This document shows, piece after piece, positions 13,311 to 26,499 of a stretch of DNA of 64,000 nt; the stretch's first letter is position 1; each line of letters begins with the position of its first letter. The notes beneath the pieces were generated by a model. That model was not told the DNA's origin and ran no database searches. It worked only from the letters and a program-made list of their open reading frames with translations. The position numbers and the translations under genes are program-made. The stretch covers positions 25,502,048 through 25,566,047 of the forward strand of contig NC_083409.1 of the NCBI RefSeq assembly GCF_020745735.1, in the 5' to 3' direction. Source of the stretch: Hemiscyllium ocellatum (Eukaryota).

Positions 13311-14597
13311 ATCGCATAATTGCACAAGAATCACCATATTAGACAAGGATTTCTGTGTGAAGATAGCAACCGGATTCCTTCATTGCTGCACTCTTAAGAG
13401 AATAAAATAATTCCCTCAAAACATTAGATGTGCTCGAACATAGGATAATGCCAGGAAAAACAAGGGAAGGGTTACTTCATTTGGATTTTCAGAATTTTGA
13501 GAGGGGTAAAATAAATTCACATTAAGGTTTTGTTCACAAATTTAAATAGAATGACATTCAATGGGCTATCTTCAAATAGGCATTGTCTTTTAAAGTTCAC
13601 TGTGTGAATGAAACTTCTTCATAAACTGGACTGAAATTGATTTTTTTGAAAAATAAGTAAGAAAAAATCAATTTCAAAGCTTTTTTCATTGTTCAAAAGT
13701 TGTTTGTTTATTCAGTATGGTGGATAATGGGTGATGCCAGCAAATCAAAGGTGTTTTCACCGAAACAGAATGTTTCTAGTCAATGTTCTGGTGATGTGGA
13801 GGTTTTTCTAAGAGATGTGGGAGTGGGGTGTGTGAATCTAGTGAGACTGGTACTGGGAGACCACGCTGCTACTGGACAGGAGCAGGCTGAGACAGGAGCA
13901 AGGGCAGGCCAAGGGTGACAAGTACATGGGAGTTTGAAGATTTTCATGGTTATGGTGTGGGACCATTTTACTGGATTCTCTCTCCAGGAGTTAATTGCAC
14001 AGGTAATGGTGACGCTGCTGTGCCAACTCCTGCACAGGTATCACCTCCCAGGAATAATTTTTTTGTCATCTTTGTTTCAGAAAGCAAAGAGGCCACTTCG
14101 CCTTGGACAGGAAGGAAGAAGTTTTTTGGGGTGGGGTGGGGGTGGTGGTCACTTCAACAGGGATCAGAAGGTAGGAAAGCAGAATAACATTGCATTTATA
14201 TATCAACACAACGTGGGAAATCATCCCAAGACCCTCCACAGGAGCACAAAAAAGAGAAGCTGAAAAGGAAAGGAAAAATGCTGGAAATATGACACAGGTC
14301 AGGCACCAGGTGTAAAGGTGAAGGACAGGTTGTAACATTGTGGGACTTTGGCCTGAACTGACAGTTCAAATTCGCAGACTGTCTGGACAGCTGACTAGCC
14401 TGAAGAGGAAGCAGAGACAGCGAAGTATAAAGGGATGTGGGATGGCGGGATTTATGCAGAAGGACAATCATTTCGAAACCAGTACTCTGGAAGTTTGGGA
14501 GGCATCAGTGAAGTTGAGGGGAATGGCTGCTAAGGGTGAAGAAAGCAATTTGGTTGGGATATGGCTATGTATGAGGCTTTCAGCAACACTTGGCATG

Positions 14598-14968
14598 GGG
14601 GAAACTGGCATATCGCAATGTCAATGGACTGATAATCCAGAACTACCCAGGCTAAAACTTTGGGGATATGGGTTTGAATTCCACCATTAGCATCTGGTGA
14701 AATTGACATTCCATTCATGAATACATCTGGAATTGGAAAGCTAATTTCAGTAATGGTGGCCATGAAACTATTAGCGATTGTTGCAAAAACCTATCTAGCT
14801 CACTAATGTCTTTTAGTGTAGGAAATCTGCTGTCCTTACCTGGCCTGGCCTACATGTGATTCCAGGACTCTCTGAAATAGTCCAACTCAGCTCCCAGGGC
14901 AATTAGGGACAGATAATTAATGCTGGCTTCAACAGTGATACCCACATTCCATGGAAGAATACAAAAGA
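14598..14968 (+). mobile_element. degenerate tRNA-derived SINE (second family)
   Basis: tRNA-like head with B box gggtttgaattcc, body ctcactaatgtcttttagtgtaggaaatctgctgtccttacctgg, and tail gggcaattaggga...cccacattcc with an A-rich end. Confidence 0.55.
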
Positions 14969-15362
14969 AAGGTAATAATAATCAAATATTTCAAAAGAGT
15001 GGAATAGATTTGGAGTCTGCTCAGATAAGCCAAGGCTGGAGCTGGAGCTGGAGCTGAGTGAGTTGGCAAGGAACAGAATGAGATGGAGACAAAACCAAAG
15101 AGTTTCTGGGAAGACACCAAAATTAACAACCATAACCCAAAACAATTTTGTGGGACAATGCAACCAAATTAATAGTAATCAAATGCCACCTCTGCAACAT
15201 CACCAGGGCTTGCTAAAAACCTCAGTACATTTGGTAACTCTGGACATGACTATTCTGGTGTTTCAGAGGCTAGTCTCCAACCCTGCACAATCCAAAACTT
15301 AAAATCTGCCACCTACAACAAAACATGTCAACCATTGTCCCTGCTCTTGCTGACTTCCACTT

Positions 15363-15810
15363 AGGGTGGCACAGTGACTAGCACTGCTGCCTCACAATGC
15401 CAGGGACCTGGTCTCGATTCTATTTGACTGTCTGTGTGGAGTTTGCACATTCTCCCCGTGTCTGCAGGGGTTTTATCCTCCAGTAGGAGAAAGTGAGGAC
15501 TGCAGATGCTGGGGATCAGAGCTTAAAAATGTGTTGCTGGAAAAGCGCAGCAGGTCAGGCAGCATCAAAGGAGCAGGAGAATCGACGTTTCGGGCGATTC
15601 TCCTTCTCCTTGGATGCTGCCTGACCTGCTGCGCTTTTCCAGCAACACATTTTTAAGCTTTTATCCTCCAGTCCAAAGATGTGCAGGCTAAGTGTATTAG
15701 CCATGGGAAATGCAGTGTTACAGGGATAGGGTAAGGAGGTGGGCTTGGGTGGGATCCTTTTGCAGAGTCAGTGTGGACTTGATGGGCTGAACAGCTTGCT
15801 TGCACACTGG
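15363..15810 (+). mobile_element. older HE1-like SINE interrupted by a palindromic PLE
   Basis: ggtggcacagtgactagcactgctgcctcac head; the body resumes after the insertion at 15660. Confidence 0.75.
15485..15659. mobile_element. miniature palindromic PLE insertion
   Basis: TSD tttatcctccagt (15472-15484 / 15660-15672), 35-nt tail on the left arm, and both arms share the variant agcttaaaaatg. Confidence 0.9.
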
Positions 15811-17340
15811 AGGACTTCTATGAGGATGTCTCAGTTTAGGAGTCCCTGACAAGAATGCAAAAATTAGAAGCAGGATTAGGCCATATGGCCTCATCAGGCG
15901 AAAGTGGGGACTGAAGATGCTGGAGATTAGAGTCAAGTATGGTGCTAAAAAAAGCACAGCAGGCCAGGTAGCATCCGAGGAGCAGGAAAATCAACGTTTC
16001 CCTGACATGCTATTTGAAACACCATAGCTGATTGGATTATGGTCTCAACTGCATTTCCCTGTTGGCACCAACTTATACCCTACCGTCATAACTCTTGTTA
16101 GACAAAAATCTTTCTAACTCATCCTTGATTATATTCAATGACTCCGCTTTCACTGCTCCTTGGAGAACTTTAAAATTCCCATGCTCTTTTCAACTTTCTT
16201 CACAGCCTTAGCTCTCCCTATGTTTGCAATCTCCCCCAGCCTTACAAATGTCAGAACTCTTCCAACTCTGTCCTTTTGATTATCCCAAGCTTGCATCACT
16301 CCACCTTCAGCTGCCAATGTGCAAACTTTGGAAATCCCTCCAAATTCCTCCCAGCCTTTCCAATTCTTTGCCCAGTTTAAAATCTATGATGGCCCACAGC
16401 AGCAGAAGTGAGTTCCAAGGGCCTGTGGCACTGAGATTCAAGGCTCTGGGGAGAAAGGCCCACATACCTTATGGAGATAAGACTACCTTGGCTCTGTTTT
16501 ATTGTGTATTTCTGCTTTTGTTCTTTTTAATTCTGGTTTTAGCGAAATAGATTTTTTTTTTGGTTTTTGTACCTAAGGATGGCAATGGAGAATGGTGGCT
16601 TTGTACACTCTTCACTGTACCCCTGCACTTCTGGACTTAAGTACACGTGACAATAAAACCCAATCTTTCTTCCTATCTCATGATGTGAATCAGTCGGACA
16701 TTTTGTTTGAAAGGATTTCTAAGTTAATATTAATAGCAATTATTGGAAACTGCTCCCACTTACTCTAAAAAAATTATCCCTTAGATAATTTTTAAAAATT
16801 GTGTGATAGTCCACAAACTTCTTGCTGTCACAATGTTTTGATTGCCCTTTACATTTGTCATTTACAATTACTGCATCAAAATTTCACAGACAACTTTTTT
16901 CATGTCAACAATCACGGTGTAGTTGCAGGCTCTGGCCATGAGGTGGCACAGTGGATAGACGGCTTTAAGTGGCTGTCTCCCACTTTGACGCCATCTTGTT
17001 GGAGAAAATAAAACGACCGTTGAGCAATTCCCACGAGCAAGTGAGTTTCTTGCAAAGCTTTTTTGAAATTTATGTTGCGAATACAGCATTTTTTGTACAT
17101 CTTCCTTTACTATGACTTATGGAATAACTTACTACATAGAGTGGATTAAGGAATTCTACTTGTAATCAGATGCTTGGGCCAATTACAACGAAGCTGCAGG
17201 TGTACAAAAGGGTTGCGGTGGGGATGGAATCTTGCTGCTGGTACAGTTGACTCTCCCTCCTCTCTGCTGCAAGGTAGGGAAGGGTGGAGTGAGTGCGTAC
17301 CTACTTATACAGATCCACACAACCTTGTTGTCTGTCCACC

Positions 17341-17474
17341 TCAAGTCTGATGCTTCAAATACTTCCTTAGGATTAGCGGTAGGTCCAGTTGGTCAATGGA
17401 CTGTAGCCCACTTAGGAGTTTGAGGGATTTACGGATTGCCATTCTGGTGAGTGACATCAATGATCTTGGCTGAG
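17341..17474 (-). CDS. asb12: ankyrin repeat and SOCS box protein 12, last coding exon (SOCS box)
   Basis: Acceptor ttcttttttccag| then (A)QPRSLMSLTRMAIRKSL...IDQLDLPLILRKYLKHQT*. This is a SOCS box resembling the ASB12 C-terminus, and phase 1 matches the upstream donor. Confidence 0.92.
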
Positions 17475-17815
17475 CTGGAAAAAAGAAATCAAACATACGG
17501 GACCATGTGAATAGACTATGCCCTGAGGAGACAACTTGGCCATTGTCTGGCCTGCAGAAGACTGCAGTTTCATTGGGAAGATGAGATTCTCCTAAGATTC
17601 CTCTCCTATTCTCCCGATGGTTTCGTCTCTGACTGAGGGACACGTGTCAGTAGAACTTACCAGGGCCTTGCTTCATTGGATGTCTACGGATGGTGGGTGA
17701 AGTCTAATGCAATCTAAAGTCGGGCATGGAAGTGGGAGTCACTGTGGTGTGGGAACTGGTTGATTCTTCAATCGCTTTTGTGGTTCTCAGCCCATTTCAT
17801 ATTCATGGTGTGTGG

Positions 17816-18021
17816 GGAGAAAGTGAGGTCTGCAGATGCTGGAGATCAGAGCTGAAAATGTGTTGCTGGAAAAGCGCAGCAGGTCAGGCAGCATCCAAGG
17901 AACAGGAAATTCGTTGTTTCGGGCATTAGCCGGATGAAGGGCTTATGCCTGAAACGTCGAATTTCCTGTTCCTTGGATGCTGCCTGACCTGCTGCGCTTT
18001 TCCAGCAACACATTTTCAGCT
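17816..18021. mobile_element. miniature palindromic PLE insertion in the asb12 intron
   Basis: TSD catggtgtgtgg(gga) at 17804 and 18022, inverted arms, about 34-nt tail on the left arm. Confidence 0.9.
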
Positions 18022-19413
18022 CATGGTGTGTGGGGACAATGGTGAATCTTATAGGGCAGGAAGTTCTTGCCCCACTGTACCCTGCTGTGAACTCTTGGGG
18101 TTGAAGGTCATCACACCACAGTTAAACAGCACTTGGGCAGACCATCATTTGATACAAACCAGCAGCATCAGTGAAGACTGTGGTGCTTCCCAATCCCACT
18201 CCAACCCCCAGAGGTGTCACAAGTCCAACAGGATGCGGCCTTACGCTGGTTTATTGACTGTTGCAGTCAGAGTATGCAATTTATTTTCCCGTCTCTTTTA
18301 TCACGGATGTGAACAAAGAGCCAGGTTGGATCTGTGAGCTCATCAGTCCCCGTCTCAGACAACAACAGATACCCTTCAGCTCAGGTTTCACTGCAGCTCC
18401 TAACCTTGCTGAGACGATAATGCCATGAGATCCCTGAAGGACGGAGCAAACCTATTGCCCTGTGGGCCTATCCATAGAAAGAAGACCAACACCCCCAGGA
18501 TAGGTTGGCTCACTATGACATGGGTTTGTCTCTAGTCAGACAATGGGGTGCGATCGTAACGTTTGGAAGAGCATCCATCAAGATCCTGTCCCACTATTGT
18601 TGACCACTCCTGAGTTGGGATTAACAGCCTCTCAGTCACCCTCGAGAAGCCCTCCAATTACACTGCACACCATTCCAATGGTCAGCCATCTGCTTCAGCC
18701 TCCCCTGAGCCGAGAGACATCATTGTCCCTCATGCTTGCCCCTTAGTTCCCCCATTATTGGGGCCATCTTCACTTTTAGCAGCGAACAAATCCACGAGAC
18801 CATCCACTTCCTGCCTATGACTGTGGAGCTGCCACCATATAATATAGCACTCTCCCCTCCATCACTGACACTATGTCAGCACTCCCCAGTCCCCTCAATT
18901 CAATCTCCAAAACCCTAATGTTGATATGAATCAAGCAGCACTTTAGGCACAAGAGTCAACATCCCTGCCTGTGAAACTCTTTCAACACTGTAGCTGCACC
19001 ACTCACATTCTTAGGTAATCCTTCCACTTTTCCGTAGTGACCTTTCAACCCTTGGTCAGCCTCCTTGTACAGATTAGAGTTCACTCCCCCAGCCATCCTT
19101 TGTAACTTGGGCAACTCAAGTTACTGACATCAATCATGGCAGAACATGGACTAGTGCTCCCCAATGAAGACAAACCAGCGACTACTCACTCCGATGTTCA
19201 GGAAGACAACAGTCTCATATGCCTCAGCTATGTAATAGTGAGCCTGATGGCACGATTCTGAATTTTGGTGTCTTGCCCAGTTTAGCTCCCCCATGCACTT
19301 TTCTGTCGCAAGCACTTCGGTGGAAACTCACCTTTGTTGTTCCCAACCTCAGAGAAGGCTCCCTCCCTAAACCTCTCCACTTCTGAGATAATGCTTGGCT
19401 CCGAGTGTCTCAC

Positions 19414-20236
19414 CTGTGGCTCGTGCTAGAAGCTCGGCAGCTTTGTTCTGCTGTGTATTTTTCACCGGGCTGTGGCCTGGCAGATAAAGGTTTGCTCCGA
19501 AGTCTATGAGCAGCTGGATGTACTGAGGCCCACAACCGTACCTGAGGCACATTTCCAGAACCGTCTTTGGCTGTTTGATCTTAGCTAAGAGTCTTTGCTC
19601 TGTGCAGTTGAAATCAGGGTCAGCCCCATACAAGAGGAGCAACCGGAAGCATTCGTAGTGTCTATAAACTGAGGCCAGGTAGAGTGGGCCGCTACAGGCA
19701 CAAGCATTTGATGCCCATTCTGGCACCTTGGAGCGCACGTTAACTTCAGCCCCATACTCCAGCAGCGCTTGCAGAATATCCATATCCCCTTCTCTGGCAG
19801 CAGTTAGGACCGGCGAGCAGTTATTGTAGATACTCCCATTTGGATTGGCCCCTGCTCTTAGCAGAGCCCGGACACAATGCAAGTGCCTACCACTCACAGC
19901 TGTGAACAGAGGGGTCTGAGCTTTCACATCTAAACTGTCCACCTCGGCGCCGTACCTCAGGAGGATTTCCAGGCAGCTCAGGTGGCCTTTGGAGGCTGCC
20001 AAACGCAAAGGAGTGCCCGGCACTCCCCACCCACTCCGATTATTGATGAACTGGGCGTACCTCTCCTGGGACAAGAGCTCAGACAAAAGTGTGGCATCGT
20101 TTCTGGAGATGGCTTGGTTAATCTGATTGACTTCCACATTGTCATCTTGATTTCGGGGCTGAAGCATCGAGAAGATTTTACTGACGTCCACCAGGCTCAT
20201 CTTCATCGGGCTCATGATCTGGTGCACTTTCAGCAT
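19414..20236 (-). CDS. asb12: ankyrin repeat and SOCS box protein 12, main coding exon (ankyrin repeats)
   Basis: FINNRSGWGVPGTPLRLAAS...VDSLDVKAQTPLFTAVS...GSIYNNCSPVLTAAR...CSGPLYLA matches recalled ASB12. Donor ACAG|gtgag at 19414/19413; the spliced CDS is 957 nt (318 aa). The start could be a downstream Met (e.g. MSLVDVSKIF). Confidence 0.95.
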
Positions 20237-20771
20237 GTTGTCGGATTCTCTATCAGGCCAGTATCACACAGAGGCATTCATGATGCTGCTGGCTACTCCT
20301 GAAGGCGACTTTGACATTGTCCATGATGCAACACAGCAATGATTATGAGGTCAGTTGGGCAGAGCGTTGCATTGTCCAACATCACAGGTCAGCTCATACA
20401 TAGCAAGGAAAATAGTTCTTAAAACGCACATTTGCAACCAACTTAGAATGGCACCAAGTCCCACAAGCATTGCCTCTCTGAATTGGGATCTTATGCATGC
20501 GTCTCTTCCTCAAGAGCTCTTGAGCAGCCTGCCAACAGCATTAAAGGAACAGTGCATTTGTCTGTGGTTGCGGTAGAATTTTAAAAGAAGGAAAACATTA
20601 GTGAAGGAGGTCGTGCATGGTCAGCAATCAGTTTGCCATCAGCATTTTGATGGTGCAAGTAGCAACAAAATACTTGCAGAAGTTATGAACAAACTATGGA
20701 ATGCATCCTCTATGGAGTTACAATAACCCTGACCATGTCCGTAAACCATTCTTCACTGTTAACCAGATTTC

Positions 20772-20862
20772 AGAAGAAGGGCTCATGCCCGAAACGTCGA
20801 TTCTCCTGCTCTTTGGATGCTGCCCTGACCTGCTGCACTTTTCCAGCAACACATTTTCAGCT
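20772..20862 (+). mobile_element. single-arm PLE terminus starting in the hammerhead core, no tail
   Basis: TSD gttaaccagatttc (20758-20771 / 20863-20876); ends at ttttcagct. Confidence 0.85.
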
Positions 20863-23800
20863 GTTAACCAGATTTCCCAACTCCTGATTAACAGACTAGG
20901 GTGCATGTTGAATCATTGACTCAGGTTTATGGCTGTTGGATTTTGGGATAAGTTCTGCATTTATAATTTCACTGGAGAAGAAAGTGGCAACAAGATAGAT
21001 GGAACAGGATCTTAAGGTGGTGAATACTGAATTTTGCAAAATAAACTTGTATTTTTGAGATTATCCTTTTAAATCAAAGCGATACTGAAGAGAGTTCTGA
21101 AAAAGAGGGGTAGGTGGATTACTTGGTTATGACACTATTTCTAAGAAGTTAAACCCTGGCTGATGTTGCTAAAAAATAAAGAAAACAGAAACTATGTGGG
21201 AGGTTTGGGTTACAGTTTACAGTCAGTATCAGAACATACTGAATTCTCGTGAGGAGAAGCAAATCTCTCTCGGGAAGCGGTCAGGATTTCGACAAGAAGC
21301 TGACTAAAGAAAAGTCTGAAAGCTGGAAAGCTCTGTGGACAGTTTGGTGATGCTGAAAGCTGGGTGTTTTCACCAGAAGTAGTTGATCGATGAAACAGAG
21401 TGTTATTGGTTGGTAATTTGAAAAGGATCTCTGAAAATCTGCATTTATCAGGACGGTCACGACCTGAGGCAGACTGGAGTCATAAAAATGCATCTTACCA
21501 ATGATAATCATGCTTGTGAAACTCAGAGGCGGAAGCTTTTGTCAGACTCCTAACCACCATCACTACCACTCCATCCGCCTCCACCATGTGAATAAAGAAA
21601 CAGCATATTACGAATCTGCATGGCTACATCATGTCTCACATACTGAAGGGGGAAAGGCTTGCAACTCTGCATGGCATATCTGTTGTGTCATCTAGTTAAA
21701 GTGAAATCTATTGTTCCTAGTGAACTCTATTCTTCTGTTAGTGCATGCCTAACTATATGTTGATTTTGAATTCAACTACTAGTGTAAAAGCTATAAAAAG
21801 ATGAAATCTTGTCCGTTAATTCCTTGTGTGAGATTGTTTACGTATTCATTTTTCAAGTTTTTAGTCTCTATGGGGATACTCTTGAAGGCATGTGCCAACG
21901 GGAACCACAACCTAAGTCATACATTAAGCAACACTGATAGCAACAAAGCACCAGTGAAACAGTGCAGGAAAGGTTATTCATTTATGTTCTCCAGGAACTA
22001 CAATCATTTGCACGCAGTCCCACTCTTTACTGTATTTTCTTCCTCTGCTGGTAGAATCTTGAACTAGGCACACAGTTTCAAAATAAGGGATTTCCCATTT
22101 AAGAGAGGGGTGAGGAGGAGTTTCTTCTCCCGGGGCAGTGATGGGGTCATTAGTGCTTGGAATTCTCTTCCTTGATAAGCAATTGGGGTTGTGGTTGAGT
22201 TTGAGAGATTCTTGACAGACAAGGGATTCAAGGGTTTTGGAGGGCAGACAGAAAATTGGACCCAAGAGCAGATCAGCCAAGATCATATTGAATGCTAGAG
22301 CAGGCTCCAGGAAATTAACTATTCTGTTTCTTGTCTTCACATCTGGGAGAGACATTTAGTTTGATGGAGACATTCAGCTTTGTATTCCACTGCTGTGCAT
22401 TATTGTTCCTTAGTATCAATATCATAAATAGAATCCTTGTCCATCTCATATTTCAAATGTCTCCCAATTATGGTGGGAAGGCTTCATAGGCATCTTTCCA
22501 TTTTTCCTTAACTACCTAGTTAACATGGAAATACACCCCAGCACCCAGATGGCTCTCTAGTTTCAAGGGTACTTTAGCTTTGCCTGCTTTTTTTTATGTT
22601 CTACAATTAACTATTTAACATTTGTAGGGAAAAATTAGTAAAAGAAATGAAAGTACACAATAGAGAATTTGGTTTGCGAATCATAATTAACATTTGCTGG
22701 GGACACTAATTTTACAGAGGGGTAGCAAAGCATACAATTAATACTGAGGCGGTCTGTGATAAAATATACACTAGTACACTTTTGTAGAGTGTCTAACTGG
22801 CAAATATATTTAATTACACGTACAGTGAGTATGATTGACGCAATTTTATGGGAGGAATTGGAAGTTGAACTATGCTTCAGAAAATAAGATTTTGTAAAAC
22901 TCAGCAAAATTTGGGATCCATAAGACTCAGAACAATGGCAAGCTGCTCCCTAGCAAAGCCTGTGAACTGTACCACGCTTCCAAGGTGCTGAGGCCAGCTT
23001 GATATGCACATGTTGGAACTATGCAGGGTAGGCAGCTCACAAAGTCTGTTGTATCCAACGTGGTTCTAGTGAACACCCTCTGTTAAACACTCCCTGCAAA
23101 TGATGCACTCAGCTGCATGACAAACAACCCTCCACCCACAGCCTCCACTGCTGGTTAAAGCCATCTGTATGTGGGACTTTCAGATGTGGTATTGTTGAAT
23201 TTCTTTTGCAACTGCAGAGTTTTAATTTTCTTTTGCGGGATGTGGGTGTCACTGATTGAGCTAGCATTTATTACACATCTCTAAATGCCACTGTGAAGGT
23301 GGTAGTAATTTGCCTTCTTGAACCACTGCAGTTCTTAGAGTGTAGAGACACCCACAGTGCTGTTAGTGGGAGACCAGGGACACTGAAGGGAAGGCAACAT
23401 ATTTTTAAGTCAGGCTGGTGAGTGAGGCGAAATTGGAGGTGGTTCTGTTCCCATGTATCTATTACCCTCATTCTTCTATATTCTAAGAGCTTGCTGGTTT
23501 GGTGGAGGGAGGTTAAATATTTAAAGGGAAATAAGTTAGTGATTTATACAATCCTCAGCAGGCATCTTGTGGCATGGTGATACTGTCCCTAACTCTGGGC
23601 CAGGAGACCTGTTTTTAAGTCAACCTGCTCTTGAAGTGTGTATTACCAGCCCTTTAAAAATTGATTAAAAAGACCTACAAGTCTCATACTTTGCAGGTTC
23701 AATTTTAAGAGTGAGACAGCCAACAAATATCTGATTCATTGCCAAAAAAAATCAAATAAATATTCAAGGATCATTGGCAAAATGTTTGCATTATACAAAC

Positions 23801-24105
23801 ATATAAATTGAGCCTTGTCTAAGGAGAAACAAAGAAATGAAAACTTTGCAGAAGGTTAACTTTAAAGTACTTTGGCTAAATAATATTAAATTCATGGAAA
23901 AAGGAAATCATGGATTGTGCAAAATGATACTCTGGTTCTGAAGTCCTTCTGCAACACAGGACCTGCCAGTGCAAGGGGGGCCTTCCTGAGAGATGCTGCA
24001 ATTCTTTGAGTTTCCTCTGCATCAAAGTGTAGATTCCAAGGGAATCCAGTTGAGACACTCATCCAGACAGGTAAAGAAGAGTTTAAATGGGCTTTCAGAT
24101 CACAT

Positions 24106-24948
24106 GGAGAAAGTGAGGACTGCAGATGCTGGCGATCAGAGCTGAAAATGTGTTGCTGGAAAAGCGCAGCAGGTCAGGCAGCATCCAAGGAGCAGGAGAA
24201 TCGACGTTTCGGGGATGATCCTTCTTCAGGAATGAGGAAAGTGTGCCAAGCAGGCTAAGAAGGGGAAGGAGGAGTCTGAGACGGTCCAGGTAAATTTGAG
24301 GTGGGGGTGGAAGGTGTTGGTAAAGTGGATGAACTGTTCGACCTCCTTGTGTGAGCACAAGGCAGCGCCAATACAGTCATCGATGTAGCGGAGGAAAAGA
24401 TGGGGAATGGTGCCAGTGTAGCTGCGGAAGATGGACTGTTCCACATAACCTACGAAGAGGCAGGCATAGCTGGGGCCCATGCGGGTGCCCATGGCTACTC
24501 CTTTGGTTTGGAGGAAGTGGGAGGATTGGAAAGAGAAGTGGTTCAGACCTTCCTAGATCTCTCCATTTCTATCTGGAGGAAGAGCGCCTCATCTTCCGCC
24601 TAGGAGCCCTACAACCACAAGGGATGAACTCAGATTTCTCCAGTTTCCTCATTTCCCATCCCCCTACCTTGTCTCAGTCCCAACCCTCGAACTCAGTATC
24701 ACCTTCCTAACCTGCAATCGTCTTCCTGACCTCTCCGCCCCCAGCCCCACTCCGGCCTATCACCGTCATCTGAACCTCCTTCCACCTATCGCATTTCCAA
24801 CGCCCTTCCCCCAAGTCCCTCCTCCCTACCTTGTATCTTAGCCTGCTTGGCACACTTTCCTCATTCCTGAAGAAGGGCTCATGCCTGAAACATCGATTCT
24901 CCTGCTCCTTGGATGCTGCCTGAACTGCTGCGCTTTTCCAGCAACACA
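24106..24948. mobile_element. rearranged inverted PLE (Neptune-type) with RT and endonuclease fragments
   Basis: Minus: MGTRMGPSYACLFVG...FLRYIDD (PLE RT). Plus: FLDLSISI then LEEERLIFRLGALQPQGMN (GIY-YIG end). Family termini at both ends. Confidence 0.85.
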
Positions 24949-25531
24949 TGCTTTCACGTGCTTTGCTAAAACAAGTTAAGAGAGGAGTTCTTCAGAAAGT
25001 CAGAATTTCTCATAGTTCAAAAATGCAATAATCTTATCCCACTCACAACCAGGCAATTTGAACTCTGAATATTCTCCAAACTGAATGACTCTATTTGTGT
25101 TCTGTAATTCTTGCAGGTACAACACTGTTGCAGTTGTAATCAGTGGCTTTTCCTCAGCAAACTGTCCTTTGCTTAAAAACTCAGGATATATTTGTAGAGC
25201 TTCTTATAATCTTTCAGACAGACAATAATATTTGGATTGCGTCTCTTCATAACAGGAGTTATAGTTGCAGGCTCTACAAAGAGATGCGATGTAGGCAGTG
25301 AAGAGGGAAAGCAATACGTGATGGAGGAAGAACAGGAGGAGAACGAGTACAGCAGACATCCAGGACATCATCCAGGCAATCATCAGACAGCGAGTGTCCT
25401 GAAGATAAACCTGCATCACCATGGCTAATCCTTAACTTTCTAACCCTCTACCCATTACAGTGTTCTGTGGGTCAAAACCCTTAAATCAAGACAGCAGCAA
25501 GACTATTGAAACTTTGTATAATCCCTTGTGG

Positions 25532-25644
25532 AAGAAGGGCTTATGCCCGAAACGTCAAATCTCCTGTTCCTTGGAAGCTGCCTGACCTGCTGCGCTTTTC
25601 CAGCAACACATTTTCAGCTCTGATCTGCAGTCCTCACTTTCTCC
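25532..25644 (+). mobile_element. single-arm PLE terminus starting in the hammerhead core
   Basis: 15-bp TSD tataatcccttgtgg (25517-25531 / 25645-25659). Confidence 0.85.
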
Positions 25645-26499
25645 TATAATCCCTTGTGGTACACTTCAGTTACAAGCACATCATTAAAGATATCTGTTCT
25701 CACTTCTTTTTGTATTGTGTTCCTGGAGGAATCTCCTCATCCTCTGTGGAAACATGACCATTCTCCCCTTTCCCCTCCTAGGCCTAGTGCATCAGCACTG
25801 TAGTACAGAATCTAGGAGCGATCTCTTTGATCTGTTCCCAACTGACAGCCTTATTCCTCTACTGAAAGTGTTTTGATACTAATTTGCATGTCCCCGAAGC
25901 TCCAGCTCGCCACTTCCTTCTGCTATTCCTACACACTCGTTTCTTACCTTTCCCAAACACAAGCTGTGGAGTGGATGCTTACAGAGGGATGACAAGTGGG
26001 AGAGATTGAGCGAGGGAGCAAGAGGAGAACGAATGGGAGGGAGGAACAACATCACAGACGAGGACCTGAGACAGTGAGCAGGAAGGTCAGGGAGGAAGGC
26101 ACCAAGTGTAAGGGTGGGAGTGGCAGGGAAGTGGCAAACAGATGGCTCAATAAGCAGGAAAAAGTGAACAGGAAGGTTGTGGGTGGGGGGGGAGGTGCAG
26201 CTGCAGTTTGCGTTTAAAGACTCAGGAACCATGCTAACATGACAATGTCAGTGGGAAGGTCCCTAACCTACCAACAACACTAACACAAAAATGTATTAGT
26301 ATTCTTCTCCTTGTCCCAAACTATATGCAAGTTTAAAAATCTCCTAATAAAACATTCATACAATGTGCTTAGAAAGTCTCTACCTCACTGCTTCCAGCAG
26401 GTAGCCTCCGAGTAAAGGTGTCACATAAATACAAAAATGCTTTTTATAGCATCACAAATAACGAGAAAAAGATATTTCAGCACAGGAGGCTGTTCACAG

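Noticed and set aside
12835-13327. Hydrophobic Leu/Ser ORFs resembling membrane proteins
   Set aside because: Artefact of the (GA)-rich tract.
19367-19413. C-terminal tail ETLGAKHYLRSGEV of the 289-aa ORF
   Set aside because: Read-through into the intron; the donor at 19414/19413 splices to the SOCS-box exon.
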